Origin: Eutreptiella sp. 'Long Island Sound 2002'
Taxonomy: Eukaryota > Protista > Euglenida
NCBI GenBank assembly: GCA_964036045.1
Contig: OZ038378.1
Span: 71,052,001-71,116,000 of the forward strand
Direction: 5' to 3'
Length of the DNA: 64,000 nt
The stretch's first letter is position 1. The number at the start of each line of letters is the position of its first letter. The translations under genes and the position numbers were made by a program. This document shows, one piece after another, positions 51,865 through 62,670 of this stretch. Below the pieces are notes generated by a model. It did no database searches, was not told the origin of the DNA, and saw nothing but the letters and a program-made list of their open reading frames with translations.

Positions 51865-53618
51865 ATGGATTGTCGTGACGGGGGTGTCGGAGTACAAGCG
51901 GGTGTCTATTTCAATGGCGCATGTTATGTAACCGAAGACGAAAGTACCAGCAAGGAGAAATATCATACGGTGCGTGACAAGATGGAACACTTGACTGAGA
52001 GTGAAATTGGAGAGATCACTTCGTGTATAATTGAATACATGGAGGGTGTGTTCAAGGAGCTCGTGAAGGAAAAGGTCGAGGAGATCAAGGAGAAGCGGTT
52101 GCTCAAGACAAAGGGTAAGACAGAACGTGTCATTCGGTAAGACCGTTTTTGAAACTGAAGCAGAAGCACCGTCGAATGATTTATCCACCTCTGAGTTCAA
52201 GCTGCTCCTGGACTAGATGGCTTATTTGCAGGAGGGGATTAAACAAACCAAGATGGAGCTGAAGAGACTTCGCGTCAGGACGGCCCCTTGGAAGCCTTTT
52301 GGCAGTCCATTCGTGACGCGTGAGAACTCCGCCTTCGATCAGTTGATAGAGGTGTGCGAGGGCTCGCCTGCTCAAACTTGGGCGGATGATTCCCAAGATG
52401 ACGACACGAACGGCCTCAAATGGAGATCCCTTCCTTCGACAGCCCGAACGTAGGAAGCTTGGCAAAAAGATTTGGCCCGCTTTTAGTCCTGACGAGAAGG
52501 ACCAAGGTGAAGTCACGAGTGAAGGCGAATCTGATTGTGCAGGGTATCAAGGACAAAGATCTGCAGGGCCGAGTTTGTAACAATTTGAAGACTTCGAAGA
52601 ATCCTGAACACTTCCTTGGAGTCTGCAGAAGCTGTACCCTCAGGTCGAGACGGATCTGAGTGTGATTGGGGAAATTCACAAGGTACAGCACCTGACATAT
52701 GATCCAAAGCACAAGCCATCGCCAACAGTCTTCACGATCTGGATCAAAACTTGAATAAGCTCAGTCCTGGGGCCCTGAGTGAACAGCAGAGGTTGTTGCA
52801 TCTGGCATCCAATATCAGTGAGAAGAAGTTCGGTGAGTGGACCAAGGAGCAAGATCTCTTCACGCGGATGCATTCGTATCAGCAGTTTGCTCATCCCATG
52901 GTCGAGCGTGCGGGGGACTCCAGCACTCCGCTATGAACGGAGCATTGCTACTGGCAAAGCGAGCACGAACAGGTACCACGCCAATAACAAGGATTAGGAA
53001 GGCACATCATCCACAGAAGGTGCCTCCACCTCGCGCAAGCCCTCAGGCTGCAAGGGCTGCCAGCCGAATGACAAAGGGGACCTCAAGTCATCTCTGAATA
53101 CGCCGGATAATATTGTTGCAGTGCTCCACATATCTGAAACATGCGAAAAGGGAAAAGGAACAGGCAAAGGTGGCAGATGCCGTGGCAAAGGCTTGGGTGG
53201 CGGACGTGGTACTGGGAAGTTTCCATTATTGGATGCGGAAACCGTGATTGCTGAGTTCAAAGCGAGGATTCAATGCAAGCATTGCGGGAAGACCAGTCAC
53301 TATTCTGACCACTGCTTCACGTATCAGAAGCAGCACTGGTCTGAGAGAAACAGGGCGCTTCTGAGGCAGCAAGGGCTTTCAGAAGAGGATGCAATGAAGG
53401 TCTTGTCCGAGATGAACAAGAGTCCTCAGTTTGCGAACAACAAAGCTGGCCAGCCCGCAGCAAAGCCCAAGCTGGCAGCCAAGCGAAATGCACTCAGCTT
53501 GGAGGAAAGTGAGGACGCTGCAGCAAAGAAGAGGAAGCGAGAGCTGCACTTTGCAGAGGTGGACAGGATCGTGGAACTGCTGAGGTCCGCAGTAAAGAGG
53601 GGCTCACATTCTGACTAA
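51865..53618 (+). pseudogene. gag: gag-like region with zinc knuckle
   Basis: Broken frames with capsid-like text; CKHCGKTSHYSDHC = CX2CX4HX4C in ORF 53121-53618. Confidence 0.75.
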
Positions 53619-53624
53619 CCGTCC

Positions 53625-53925
53625 ATGTTGAGGGGACCAATAACCGTGGGGCCCTGGATACTAGAGGGACCGACTCTATCGCTGCTCCAAGGATTTAGCA
53701 TTTCTGAAAAGGAACAAGTTTTGTCCCGTTGAGACTGGGGATAGGAACTATACATACAGCGAAGGGAAAAGGAAGTCCAGGTCGCTCTGAAAAATGTTGA
53801 CTTGAAGCAACCTGTAACGTCATGGACAAAACATCCTTTCATGTATGTGTTCGAACCAATTTTATTCGAGAAAACCCTGAAGTTATTTTGGGGATTCTGT
53901 TTACACTGTCTCAGCTGATTTTGTG
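53625..53925 (+). pseudogene. Retroviral-type aspartic protease remnant
   Basis: ALDTRGTDSI (decayed LDTGAT.SI) at about 53652, then VPLRLGIG and CNVMDKTSFHVCVRTNFIRENP. Confidence 0.6.
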
Positions 53926-54413
53926 GAACCCGAGCCCGAGCAAAAGGAACTGGTACCACTTGAAGATTGTGAGCAGGGAGCCCCCCCAGATCATGACAAG
54001 CATGGATTATTCAGGGGGAGACAACGCTCACTTCGTTATCGGAAGCGGCAGTCCTACCTTTTGCTACCTGAGTTTAAAGCACCCCAGATTAGCGTCTTAA
54101 GGTCAAAGCCGTTCTACTCAACTCAACCCTATTCAATCTGTCCAGTGAACAGAATTGAATAAAATTGAAGATTGACAAAATTTAGCACAGAGCGCGCCGA
54201 CATGTTGCGCTCGCGCGCGCAGTCAATAAGACGCAAAAAGACGTCATGTACAGCCACAGACAGCTTTAAAGCTCATGAAAGTTGAGGATTTCACAGTATG
54301 TGGTCATAACATACAATCCTGTTCATGTAGGTTAATTGTGTGTTGCCCAAAATTGCTGTGCGCACTATTGACCGTGGTGCGCGCTACTCATGTTCAATTC
54401 TTCTGTGTAGATA

Positions 54414-55184
54414 ATGGCCTCTCGCAACATCTCTAAACCTCATGGACTCCATGATTTCCTATTAAATGCAACGCGTGCAACTTCCATCTTTGATGATGCC
54501 GTTGTTGACGTGCTTGCAAACGTTTTCATACAAACACCACGATACCGCAACATTCTAGAGAAGGTGTGTGATACGGCCCGGGGTGGTAATGTCGTTCAAC
54601 GTTGTACACAAGAAGCGTTGAACGACCATGGTACGCTTTTTTGCACACCTATACGTGCGGTAGAGCTCATTGTGGATTTAATGATGCCACGTACGAGGTA
54701 TCCTATCCTACAAGAGATCATAAGTGACTTCGGTCACAAATTTACCCAAAAGTCCCGTGTACAATGGTCTCCATGCTTACCTTCGTTGAAGTCCATCAAT
54801 CATAAGTGGACAGAATTGTGTAGTGAAATGCGGCTAGAGCCTCCAAAACGTACTACACAAGACGGAGCTATGGGGATATCATGGAGTATCCTAGAGGTCC
54901 TCAAAATTATACAACGACATAAGGTGTTACATAGTGCATGGGATCCTTCCATGCTTTTGACCCTTATTGTCCGTGGGGACGCATTCCCCGCTGCGGGCAC
55001 TCAATGGTCCCAATTATGCATAACATGTGCTAATTGGGGCCATTTGGCCCGGAACTTGTCACACCATTTCATCATTGGTGTGGCATATTGCGATGACAAG
55101 GATGCTACAATCCTTGCCAACAAATATCAAGGTATGTGTTACGATGCGTCCTTCGTGGTCATTCACATCCGATTGTTCAATTGA
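54414..55184 (+). CDS. Putative DDE transposase, first exon/N-terminal half (unclassified)
   Basis: 256-aa ORF inside the TIRs. LTLIVRGDAFP...QLCITCANWG...HHFIIGVAYCDDKD resembles the first catalytic-Asp strand region of RNase H-fold transposases. Probably continues through introns (GT at 55132, AG at 55249-55250) and decayed frames. Confidence 0.55.
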   Translation: MASRNISKPHGLHDFLLNATRATSIFDDAVVDVLANVFIQTPRYRNILEKVCDTARGGNVVQRCTQEALNDHGTLFCTPIRAVELIVDLMMPRTRYPILQEIISDFGHKFTQKSRVQWSPCLPSLKSINHKWTELCSEMRLEPPKRTTQDGAMGISWSILEVLKIIQRHKVLHSAWDPSMLLTLIVRGDAFPAAGTQWSQLCITCANWGHLARNLSHHFIIGVAYCDDKDATILANKYQGMCYDASFVVIHIRLFN

Positions 55185-56289
55185 CGAATTGAAATTTCAA
55201 CTCGTCCAATTGAACATTACGACTTACAATGCACCTTCTTCTCTTTCTAGTTGTTGCACGCTCTCATTGTCGGTGCAACACTTGAGTGGTTCGGGAAGTT
55301 GTTCCGATTATTGCACGCAACGAGACGCGTTGGGCGCAATGCACGAACCAAAAAAGTGTGGATGCTGAATATGCGTGGTTCAATGCTGATAATAGGTAAT
55401 TGGAGGATGAAGTGGAGGAGTGAGTGGGTGTAGGTTATACACTTTAAGCTATTGCGTTCTCTCTTCGAAGGGGCAGAATGGACGTGCTTGGGCAAGTGCT
55501 AGCGCAAGCACTATTGGGGTCCGCGAGTCTCCACAACAGCAGCACGTGTGTGGGGATGTTTCGCGCGTTTGCGTATGGCGATGTTTCATGCATGTGGGTA
55601 TGGCAATGTTTTGTGCATGTCCGTACGTATGGCGATGTTTCATGCGTGTGCGTAAGGCCCAAAATTTCATGACGCAATGAACGCAAGCATGTGTGTAGCG
55701 GTTCGGTTATCACTTTGTTCAATTGAAACTTCAATATAGTCAATTGAACGTTCAACTGAACAAACGAGTTTCAATTTTGTCAATTGAACAGTGTGGTGCC
55801 GGTGCATTGCATTTTCGTCGCGGATTTTGTCAGTGTGTTGCTCATTGTTGCTCATTGTTGTTGTACGTCTGTTAGTTGTCGCAAGCAATCCGCGCCCTCC
55901 AATCGCCACCCCACAGTCAAGCCTCCCGAAGCTCCCACCCTTCCCCCATGGGCCACAACGAAGGTTTCCCGCAACTTCATTTTTCGCAACCGGAATTGGT
56001 GGAACAACAAGATGAGGGAGCGCAAGCAACCTACGACCCGGAAGATGCAATCGTCTTCGAGGATGCATTTGAAACGGGCCTTGGTGAAGTCAAGGGAGAG
56101 GACGAGATGAAATCAACAGAGTGCGTGCCAGACCCCGCACAACTAGCATAACCACCGCAAGTACTGCACGCGCTGCAACTACCAAGAAGGCAACACCGAA
56201 GCCCGCGGTACAACCGAAGGATGAGATTGTCGAATTGACCTCAAAGAACGAGGAGAGAGTGGAACGAAAGGTTTGTAATTCCTTTCGTG

Positions 56290-56899
56290 AGATTTGTCGA
56301 CAAGGGCTTTTCCAAGACATCATGAAGATGAAGTGGTCCTACAAGAGGCGGTATGGTGCCAAGTTCCGCAAGGCCATCTTTGCAGCAACGGTGGAATTTC
56401 CCGGAAAACATAAAAATCACCGGTCGCACGGAGGATTTTTCGACTTTGGTGAGCCGATTGAACCAATATGCCCAAGTAGAATTCCGCGCACACCCCTTCC
56501 ATTGGAATGCCATAGCCGTATTTTCTCGTTATGGCCACTCATCAGTGCAATTGCATTGCCATGACGATGATGAGCACCGCGTTTCAGGCGTTTGCGTGTT
56601 GACGGGGGAGGATTGGGAGTGCCATGGGGGGGCTTTTTTTTGTGGAGAAGGGGGGGATCATCCACCACGAAGCAAAGGCAATCCCCACAATGGGTACGCG
56701 TGAGGATGGATCCCTTGTTTAGGGGTAGTTTTGTGACACCCAACAACATGGCGTTGCCTTTGACTCAAATGCATTGGATGGCCCATCGCAATGGCGTGGT
56801 CGGAGGGTGGCACTCGTGTTTTTTACGCGTGCATTGCCGGAACACATGTGGGAAGCGGATGTTGCGAAATTGCGGAGCCTTGCATTCCTGTTGGTTTGA
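56290..56899 (+). pseudogene. TET/JBP-like 2OG-Fe(II) dioxygenase domain (three frameshifts)
   Basis: Reconstructed: KAIFAATVEFP/NIKITGRTEDFSTLVSRLNQY...FHWNAIAV...LHCHDDD (HxD 56560-56568)...CHGGAFF...GYA/VRMDPLFRGSF/CDTQQHGV (distal His 56747)...WRGRRVALVFFTR (Arg 56801-56806)...DVAKLRSLAF*. Confidence 0.72.
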
Positions 56900-57007
56900 A
56901 CAATGTGAGTCATTGCTTTCACTTGCTTATGTTGATTGCAGGCATGTGAATGGATATTCCCTTTGCTTTTGTCCGTTGGTGTAGCCTTTTCGCTCTAGAG
57001 CCTCAGA

Positions 57008-57445
57008 GTGACTTTGAAAGGAGCCGTGGCAAGCAACGTTGAGGAGGAAGCAAAAGAGGAGGAAGAGAAACAGGAAGAGGAACCAACCAATGGTGTGGAT
57101 GACCCGAACGAGGAAGAGGAACTACCCAATGATGCGCATGAAGAAGAGGAATGCAAGGAAGTAGAGAGAGTGGTTGAGGAAGATTGGGTCCCTCCAACAA
57201 GGGCCTCTCTACGTCTTAAAGACCTAGATAAATTGTGGGTTCCCATGCAATTGGAAATGGAAAAACATTCGGAGTGCGATAAGGAGTGGGTTGTTTGTTG
57301 TGGGTATTATGCCATGCCTTTGCGTGGCTCGGAGTTAGATGATGCTCCCAGGAGTGAATGGACAAAGGCCACCCGTCTCGGTTGGCGAATGCTCATCATG
57401 CCCCCGCAACTACCGCAGCAAGATGACTTAGCCTCGTGGCGGTAA
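57008..57445 (+). CDS. Acidic (E-rich) ORF with an aromatic C-terminal segment, probably a further exon of the transposon cargo gene
   Basis: 145-aa ORF inside the TIRs, preceded by a GTGAGT donor (56905) and a CTCTAG acceptor (about 56998). Confidence 0.4.
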   Translation: MTLKGAVASNVEEEAKEEEEKQEEEPTNGVDDPNEEEELPNDAHEEEECKEVERVVEEDWVPPTRASLRLKDLDKLWVPMQLEMEKHSECDKEWVVCCGYYAMPLRGSELDDAPRSEWTKATRLGWRMLIMPPQLPQQDDLASWR

Positions 57446-57865
57446 AAAAATTAATTGTGAAAAGACATATGAGGAGGCGGAAGCCCGGAGGGTGCAATAC
57501 AAGGCCGATTTCAAGGTGTAGGACAGGTGTATTCATCAATACATGGTCTTTACACTTTTTTATCGTAGTGTTCATTCCATCGTATTGTGCGTGTTGATCC
57601 TCTTGTTGTTCAATGGAATTTTCAACTCCATCAATTGTGAGAAAAATGCATAAAGTAGGGTATGCAAGGGTCGCAAGGGTTTGAAAATGAATGGTAGGTG
57701 TTTGACATACATTTTGTGAAACCCGTTGTCATGGTTGTGGAAATATGAAACCACATGGAGTGGCACGAAATGAGAATTAGACATGGTCGAAAGTAGTTGT
57801 TCAATTGAAATCTATGGTATTCAATTGAGTAGACTTGATTGAGTTGAGTAGAACGGTTTTGACCT

Positions 57866-58400
57866 TTAAACGACAATCTAGGGAGAAGTACTTGCAGAGA
57901 TCAGAGATCTAGTATGTACCGTGGATCTGTATGCAAATCTGAGAAACAACATCGAAGCTCTGTATCGCACACCACTCAATTCCTGTTACGGGTATGATTG
58001 ATCACGCCTCGGACTCTGCTGGGCGAATCCAACATGGTCTCATATCCGGAAGATGCTCAACAAAGCCGTACTGGATCATGCCAAGGTGGATGGAATCCTG
58101 CTGACTGCGAGCAGACCAGAGAATCAGCCAAGTGGTGACCTCTTTTGGACAGATTGACCAAAATCCGAGTACATCCACCGGATGTGCATTTGTATGTGCC
58201 CCAAGGGGCAAAGACCTCCTTTTTCTGAGGCATGGCAGTCTCCTGCCAAAAAAACACAATCACTGCTCATACTGCGAGGTTCCTCGAAGGACGGCCGCTA
58301 TGTACATTTCCCATTGTTTTATACAAAACCCTGAGGTGCTGAGCACTAACCAAAAGAAACCAAAGGCTCAGGGCTTAATTGTACCCATGGGTACACAAAA
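57866..58400 (+). pseudogene. Dam-like DNA N6-adenine methyltransferase domain within Gypsy pol (N-terminal part at 53925-54099)
   Basis: GEVLAEIRDLVCTVDLYANLRNNIEALYRTPLNSCYGYD*SRLGLCWANPTWSHIRKMLNKAVLDHAKV. DLYA (57924) and NP[T]W (58026-58037) match the DLFA...W.NPPW/F...K...D.A pattern of DIRS/phage-type N6-MTases. TGA at 57999 lies where Trp is expected. Confidence 0.72.
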
Positions 58401-58409
58401 AGCGACGTA

Positions 58410-60075
58410 AAAAGTGGTTTGCACCCGCTGTGGTCATCGCAGGGTGTGTGGATACTCATCGAAGTTGTTTCAGTGAACAGTTGAGTGGTCGGACAGTGGT
58501 AAAAACTTGTTAGGAGAAAGGAAAATAGTTATTCGTTCAGCTGACTAGTAATGACCAGTTTTGGGCTGGTGTTCCTGTGTGTTATTTGAAAAGGATATAA
58601 AAGGAAAAGGATCATATGCATGTGACACGGCAGGCAAGTCTGGCAGGCACGTGCAACAGCTCAGTGTGTGATTTAGTGGTGTCCAAATCAGCCTTTGTTG
58701 TCAGGGTCTGACCAGAGTTCAGGATTTGAACGGCGAAGTAGAATAGAACCTGAGTTGGTTTCTGAGGGTGCTGTGAAGGTTTTTTCTTGATCTGCTGGTG
58801 AATCATATTGATGGTTGCCCTGTGACCAGTAACATGTAGGTGCTGATTCAGAGGATTGGTCTTCTGAAGAATCCGTTGTACTCGTGTTCCAAAACCGTCC
58901 CATTAATGGTTCAGAGTAAGATTCAAAGTGGTGACCTGTTGTAGATGTATCACTTGTTTCGTTTGATGCTTCCGAAAATTCGTTGTCGTCCTCGTTGCTT
59001 TCCTCGTCCTCATTTTCGTAGTCTAGGGCTTCTTTGACAGGTGATTCTGCGTCCTGTTTGATTAGAACTGCACGGTCGTTGTCGTCGCTCGCGTCATTGT
59101 CATTATCATAGTCTGAGGCTGCTCCGGCGATTGATTCCGCGTCCTGTTTGTTTGAATCACCTCCTTCGCTTGCCGGAGTCGATTTTTGGGTTGCTTGCCT
59201 CAGCTTGGTCTCGATGGTTGTCTGAGGTCTTGTTCGAGGGCTTGCTTTTGGTTTCAGAAGTGCAGGGAACTCATCTTGCTGAAGACATGTTGTTGTCGGC
59301 TCAGTGGTGGTCCATGGGTTGGCGCTGTGAATCTTGATATTCTTGGCTTGGTGAATAATCTGAGGAGTTGATGTGGGCTGAGTGGTTGCATTCTCTCTTC
59401 TCCGTTGAATGCATGAGTCGCAGTTGGGGGAGGTTCAAACCTCGTTTGAGAAACCAGTCCATTTTTTCTGGTGATAGCTCGAACGACACTTGGCAGTTCT
59501 TGCATCGGTTCCCTTCCTGCTGCGGTTTTGGATCTTGGAACTTGCGACTGTTTTCCAATCTCCATCGGAGCTGTCGCAGCGTCTTGGTTGATTTTGGGCT
59601 CGGGATTGCCGCGGATCTGGTTCGGTTCGAACGCTTGCTTGAGATTGATCAGAAGGAGCTTCTGAGAGAGTGGAAGTGTCGCTCCTTTTTTCTTGAACTT
59701 GACGGCGTTCCGTGCGGTGAGGAGTGGTGTGAGCTGTTGCTTGTGCCTGCACAGACAAACCTGGTTCACACTTGTGCTGATGGATATGTGCATCGGAGCA
59801 GTCCGGTTGATGAACTTCGGTTTTGACGCTGTCGTCTGTAACAGGTAGAAAGGAGCGGTCGGGGTGTTTAAACCAACAGCTACGACCAACTTTACAGTCA
59901 GATGCGTGTTTGCAAATAGTTTGTTGAGCCTTGATAGGGCAAAGACCTCCTTACCAGCTCCACGTTGGGGCTCTATTGCGTCTTACATAAATGCTTCTGA
60001 TGGATCAATACCATTGAGTGATTTGGACTCACACATTTGCAAGTGGTCACACAGAGTGAGTTGAGGACAATTTCT
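58410..60075 (-). pseudogene. Second insertion in G3: decayed minus-strand ORF (possibly LINE ORF1-like) with a zinc-ribbon-like motif
   Basis: Broken A/C-rich frames; RCKNCQVSFELSPEKMDWFLKRGLNLP at about 59510-59430. Boundaries are approximate. Confidence 0.4.
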
Positions 60076-60899
60076 AAGTGAATTGGAAAAGAGACAAGGA
60101 GTGGAAGCACCTCATATGGCTATGTCACCGACTCCTGCTAATGATCACAAAGACAAACTCCTAACGCTGCAGAAAGTTCCACAAGCTTCAGAATCACATG
60201 AAGAAGTAGACGAACCGGAAACCAGTGAAGTGGAAGGTCCAGCCGTCTGGTACGATGGAAGACAAGTTGATGGCGGTGAGCGAGACACTGAGGTGGCAGA
60301 GGAAGCTCAGATTGCTGAAGGCTCACCAGACCTGGTGGCGGGATATGAAGCAGACATCAACTGCCATGAAGTCGGGGCACATCAACCTTTCCTCGAGCCG
60401 CAACCCCGTGTGAGATATGACCAAGTGCTGGGACTGGAGATACGGAACGAATGCCTGCACGGTGTCCAGAGTTGTGTTTTTTAGGATGCACCACCTAATG
60501 CCGAGTTCTTAGCGTCCGAGGCAATTGCAAAATACCAATTGGAGTTCCGTACGGATGCAGGAGCGAAAAGAAAGGCAAATCCTTGCGGGTGGCCATGCTC
60601 CGCATCAGCGCTTGACAGGGTACAATCTTTGGTCCTTCAACGTACCCCACATCAGTGAGCAAGAGAGAAGAAGCATTACGAAGAGTCGTGGGAGAAATTA
60701 CTACAACCACACCCCTTCTGAAGGGACTCGGGCATGCGATGAGGCTGTGGACGACCCAGTGTTGGACCTTTTGGAGGGCGGGAGTTATTTTGTGAAGGAC
60801 GGAGACGCTTACATGGATGTCACGGCTCTTATCTATTCTTGTAGGTCTCCACAAAGAGACGAGTACGGGAAGTGGAACCTTGAGGCTGAGAAGGATTTC

Positions 60900-62670
60900 G
60901 AAAAATTACTATAACTGCACGACGAGAGGGTGAGAGAAGTGTTGCGACGTTACAAGGATGTCTGTGGACTCTTGCTCCCGACCGCCACTGCCGAGAAGTT
61001 GGTGTCTATGGACCTGGAGCTTCTGGATGAAACCCAGAACCCCTTGTTGAAATCACGTCCATTTCCTGCAAATGCAGACGATACCCAGGAGATCATGAGG
61101 CGGATTTATGAGTGTGTTTCGTCGAACCTTGCCGAGGAGTACAGTATGAAGGCTATTCAAAGCACTGCTCACCCTGTTTCCTCGTCGCTAAACCTGGAAG
61201 TTCTGCGAAGCGGTTGGTGGTTCATAATGGTAAGCTTAACAAGCTGACCAAGAGGCACTGCAAACTCTTGCCAGCCCTTGAAAGGGCACCAGGGGGAACT
61301 TCAGCGTGTCGGTACAAGAGCAAGTTGGATACGCGAAGCAGGGTCTGGCGTGTCGAGCTGACGAAGCGGGCCCAGGACTTGTCGGTGTTTGTCGCCCCAA
61401 ACGGCAAAGATCTCAAATTGAAGGTTATGCCCTTTCGCCTGGCAAGCGCCCCTGCCACCATCCAGGAGGTCACGAACCAGGTTCTGCAACGCATGAATCA
61501 AAAGGCAACCGTGCAACACTTGCTGAAGCGTGGACCTGTCATCAAAGATTACATTGACGTCTTCTCGATGCAGACACCGTTGAATATCACTTGAAGCTCG
61601 TGGGGGAAAGCCCAAGCACCTGCGATGAGCGTCATACGAAGGTCAAACTCAGCAAGTACGAGTTCATGAAGGAGTCCCTGGAGTGTTTGGGCTTTGAAGT
61701 GCGTTAGCGATGGTGGAGACCCGTGAAGGACAAGGTTGCTCCGATACTACGAGCCACAGTCTCGGACGTCCAGACACCAGGAGTAAAGGATATCGGCTCT
61801 TTCCTTCGTGGGGGCAACTTTTACAGGAGGCACGTACCTAATTTCACATACTCCAGTCACTTGCTCACAGACCTGATAAAAGAGGACAAGAGGTGGCAGT
61901 GGTGAGAAAAGGAGGCGAAGCAGTTTCAGGAGATGAAGGAGAAGTTGGGGAATATTGGCATGCTTCGGACCACTAACTCCGAAGGATAGTTTGTGGTTAT
62001 CACCGACGCTTCACTGGTTGGTGCTGGCTGTACGCTTTTTCATTGGCAGAACCTCCCTGAGTTGGTGGGCAGTACTGTTGCTGTAGAACTGCGGAAGACG
62101 CTTCGAATCATCAGTGACGGCACTCTCAAGCACAACTATGACCCAGGTTGCTGGCACGTGGTCGCTATTGGACATTGGAACGGTAAGTCGCACTCAACGC
62201 GTGCCAATTACAGTAAGTACGAGGAAGAGCTGCTTTCTCGCATCCTCCTATTATCAGGGCAAGGGCGGCTACTTGGAACCAATCCCCTGGTCTAGTTTTG
62301 TGATCAGGAGTCTACCGAATTTGTTCTGGAAGGAGACCTGCCTGACAACCAGAAGTTGAGGCGTTGATAGACTTACTTAGCACCGTTGCGGTTGAACATC
62401 TACAGGGGCCATGTGCTCAAGAACGAGCTCTGCGCCTGGCTTTCAAGAGAGATTTTCGACGACAAGATCTCAGCATGTTCTGGACAATTGTCCCGAGAAG
62501 CGCTTGCCAAAATTGACATACACTTGGACTTGGGGATATCAAAGTCGGCTTTGGTGGACTCCATACGTCGTAAGCACTATGAGAAGGAGTACCCGACTGT
62601 CGAGAAGTCCCTGGCGGACCGATGTCAAGGGGCACCCTTACAGGAGCAATTGTTGAACAGCTTCAAGTAG
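60900..62670 (+). pseudogene. pol: G3 pol: RT and RNase H (heavily frameshifted)
   Basis: SPCFLVAKPGSSAKRLVV, VMPFRLASAPAT, IKDYIDV, GFEVR, SFLRGGNFYRRH, VITDASLVGAG, KYEEELL, FCDQES. Truncated before integrase. Confidence 0.9.

Larger units (their letters stand above)
54100..57865 (+). mobile_element. TIR DNA transposon, 3766 bp, carrying a transposase-like ORF and a TET/JBP-like dioxygenase
   Basis: 27-bp TIRs with one mismatch: AGGTCAAAGCCGTTCTACTCAACTCAA (54100-54126) and TTGAGTTGAGTAGAACGGTTTTGACCT (57839-57865). TTA flanks both ends (54097-54099, 57866-57868). The flanks rejoin into one retrotransposon coding region. Confidence 0.92.
51470..62670 (+). mobile_element. Ty3/Gypsy LTR retrotransposon G3 (gag-PR-MTase-RT-RNase H), interrupted by two insertions, integrase missing
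   Basis: gag with CCHC knuckle, protease, MTase-like domain, then RT and RNase H of the same clade as G1 (e.g. NFYRRHVPNFTYSS vs SFYRRHIHNFTYSS; the same RNase H insertion DGTLKHNY vs DGSLKHDH). Confidence 0.8.

Noticed and set aside
57999-58001. TGA-as-Trp alternative genetic code
   Set aside because: TGG is used for Trp throughout, long ORFs end at TGA, and other in-frame stops and frameshifts show ordinary decay.
57866-62670. Classifying the MTase-bearing element as DIRS/Ngaro
   Set aside because: An aspartic protease remnant and Gypsy-type RT/RNase H closely matching integrase-bearing G1 are present; no tyrosine recombinase is seen.
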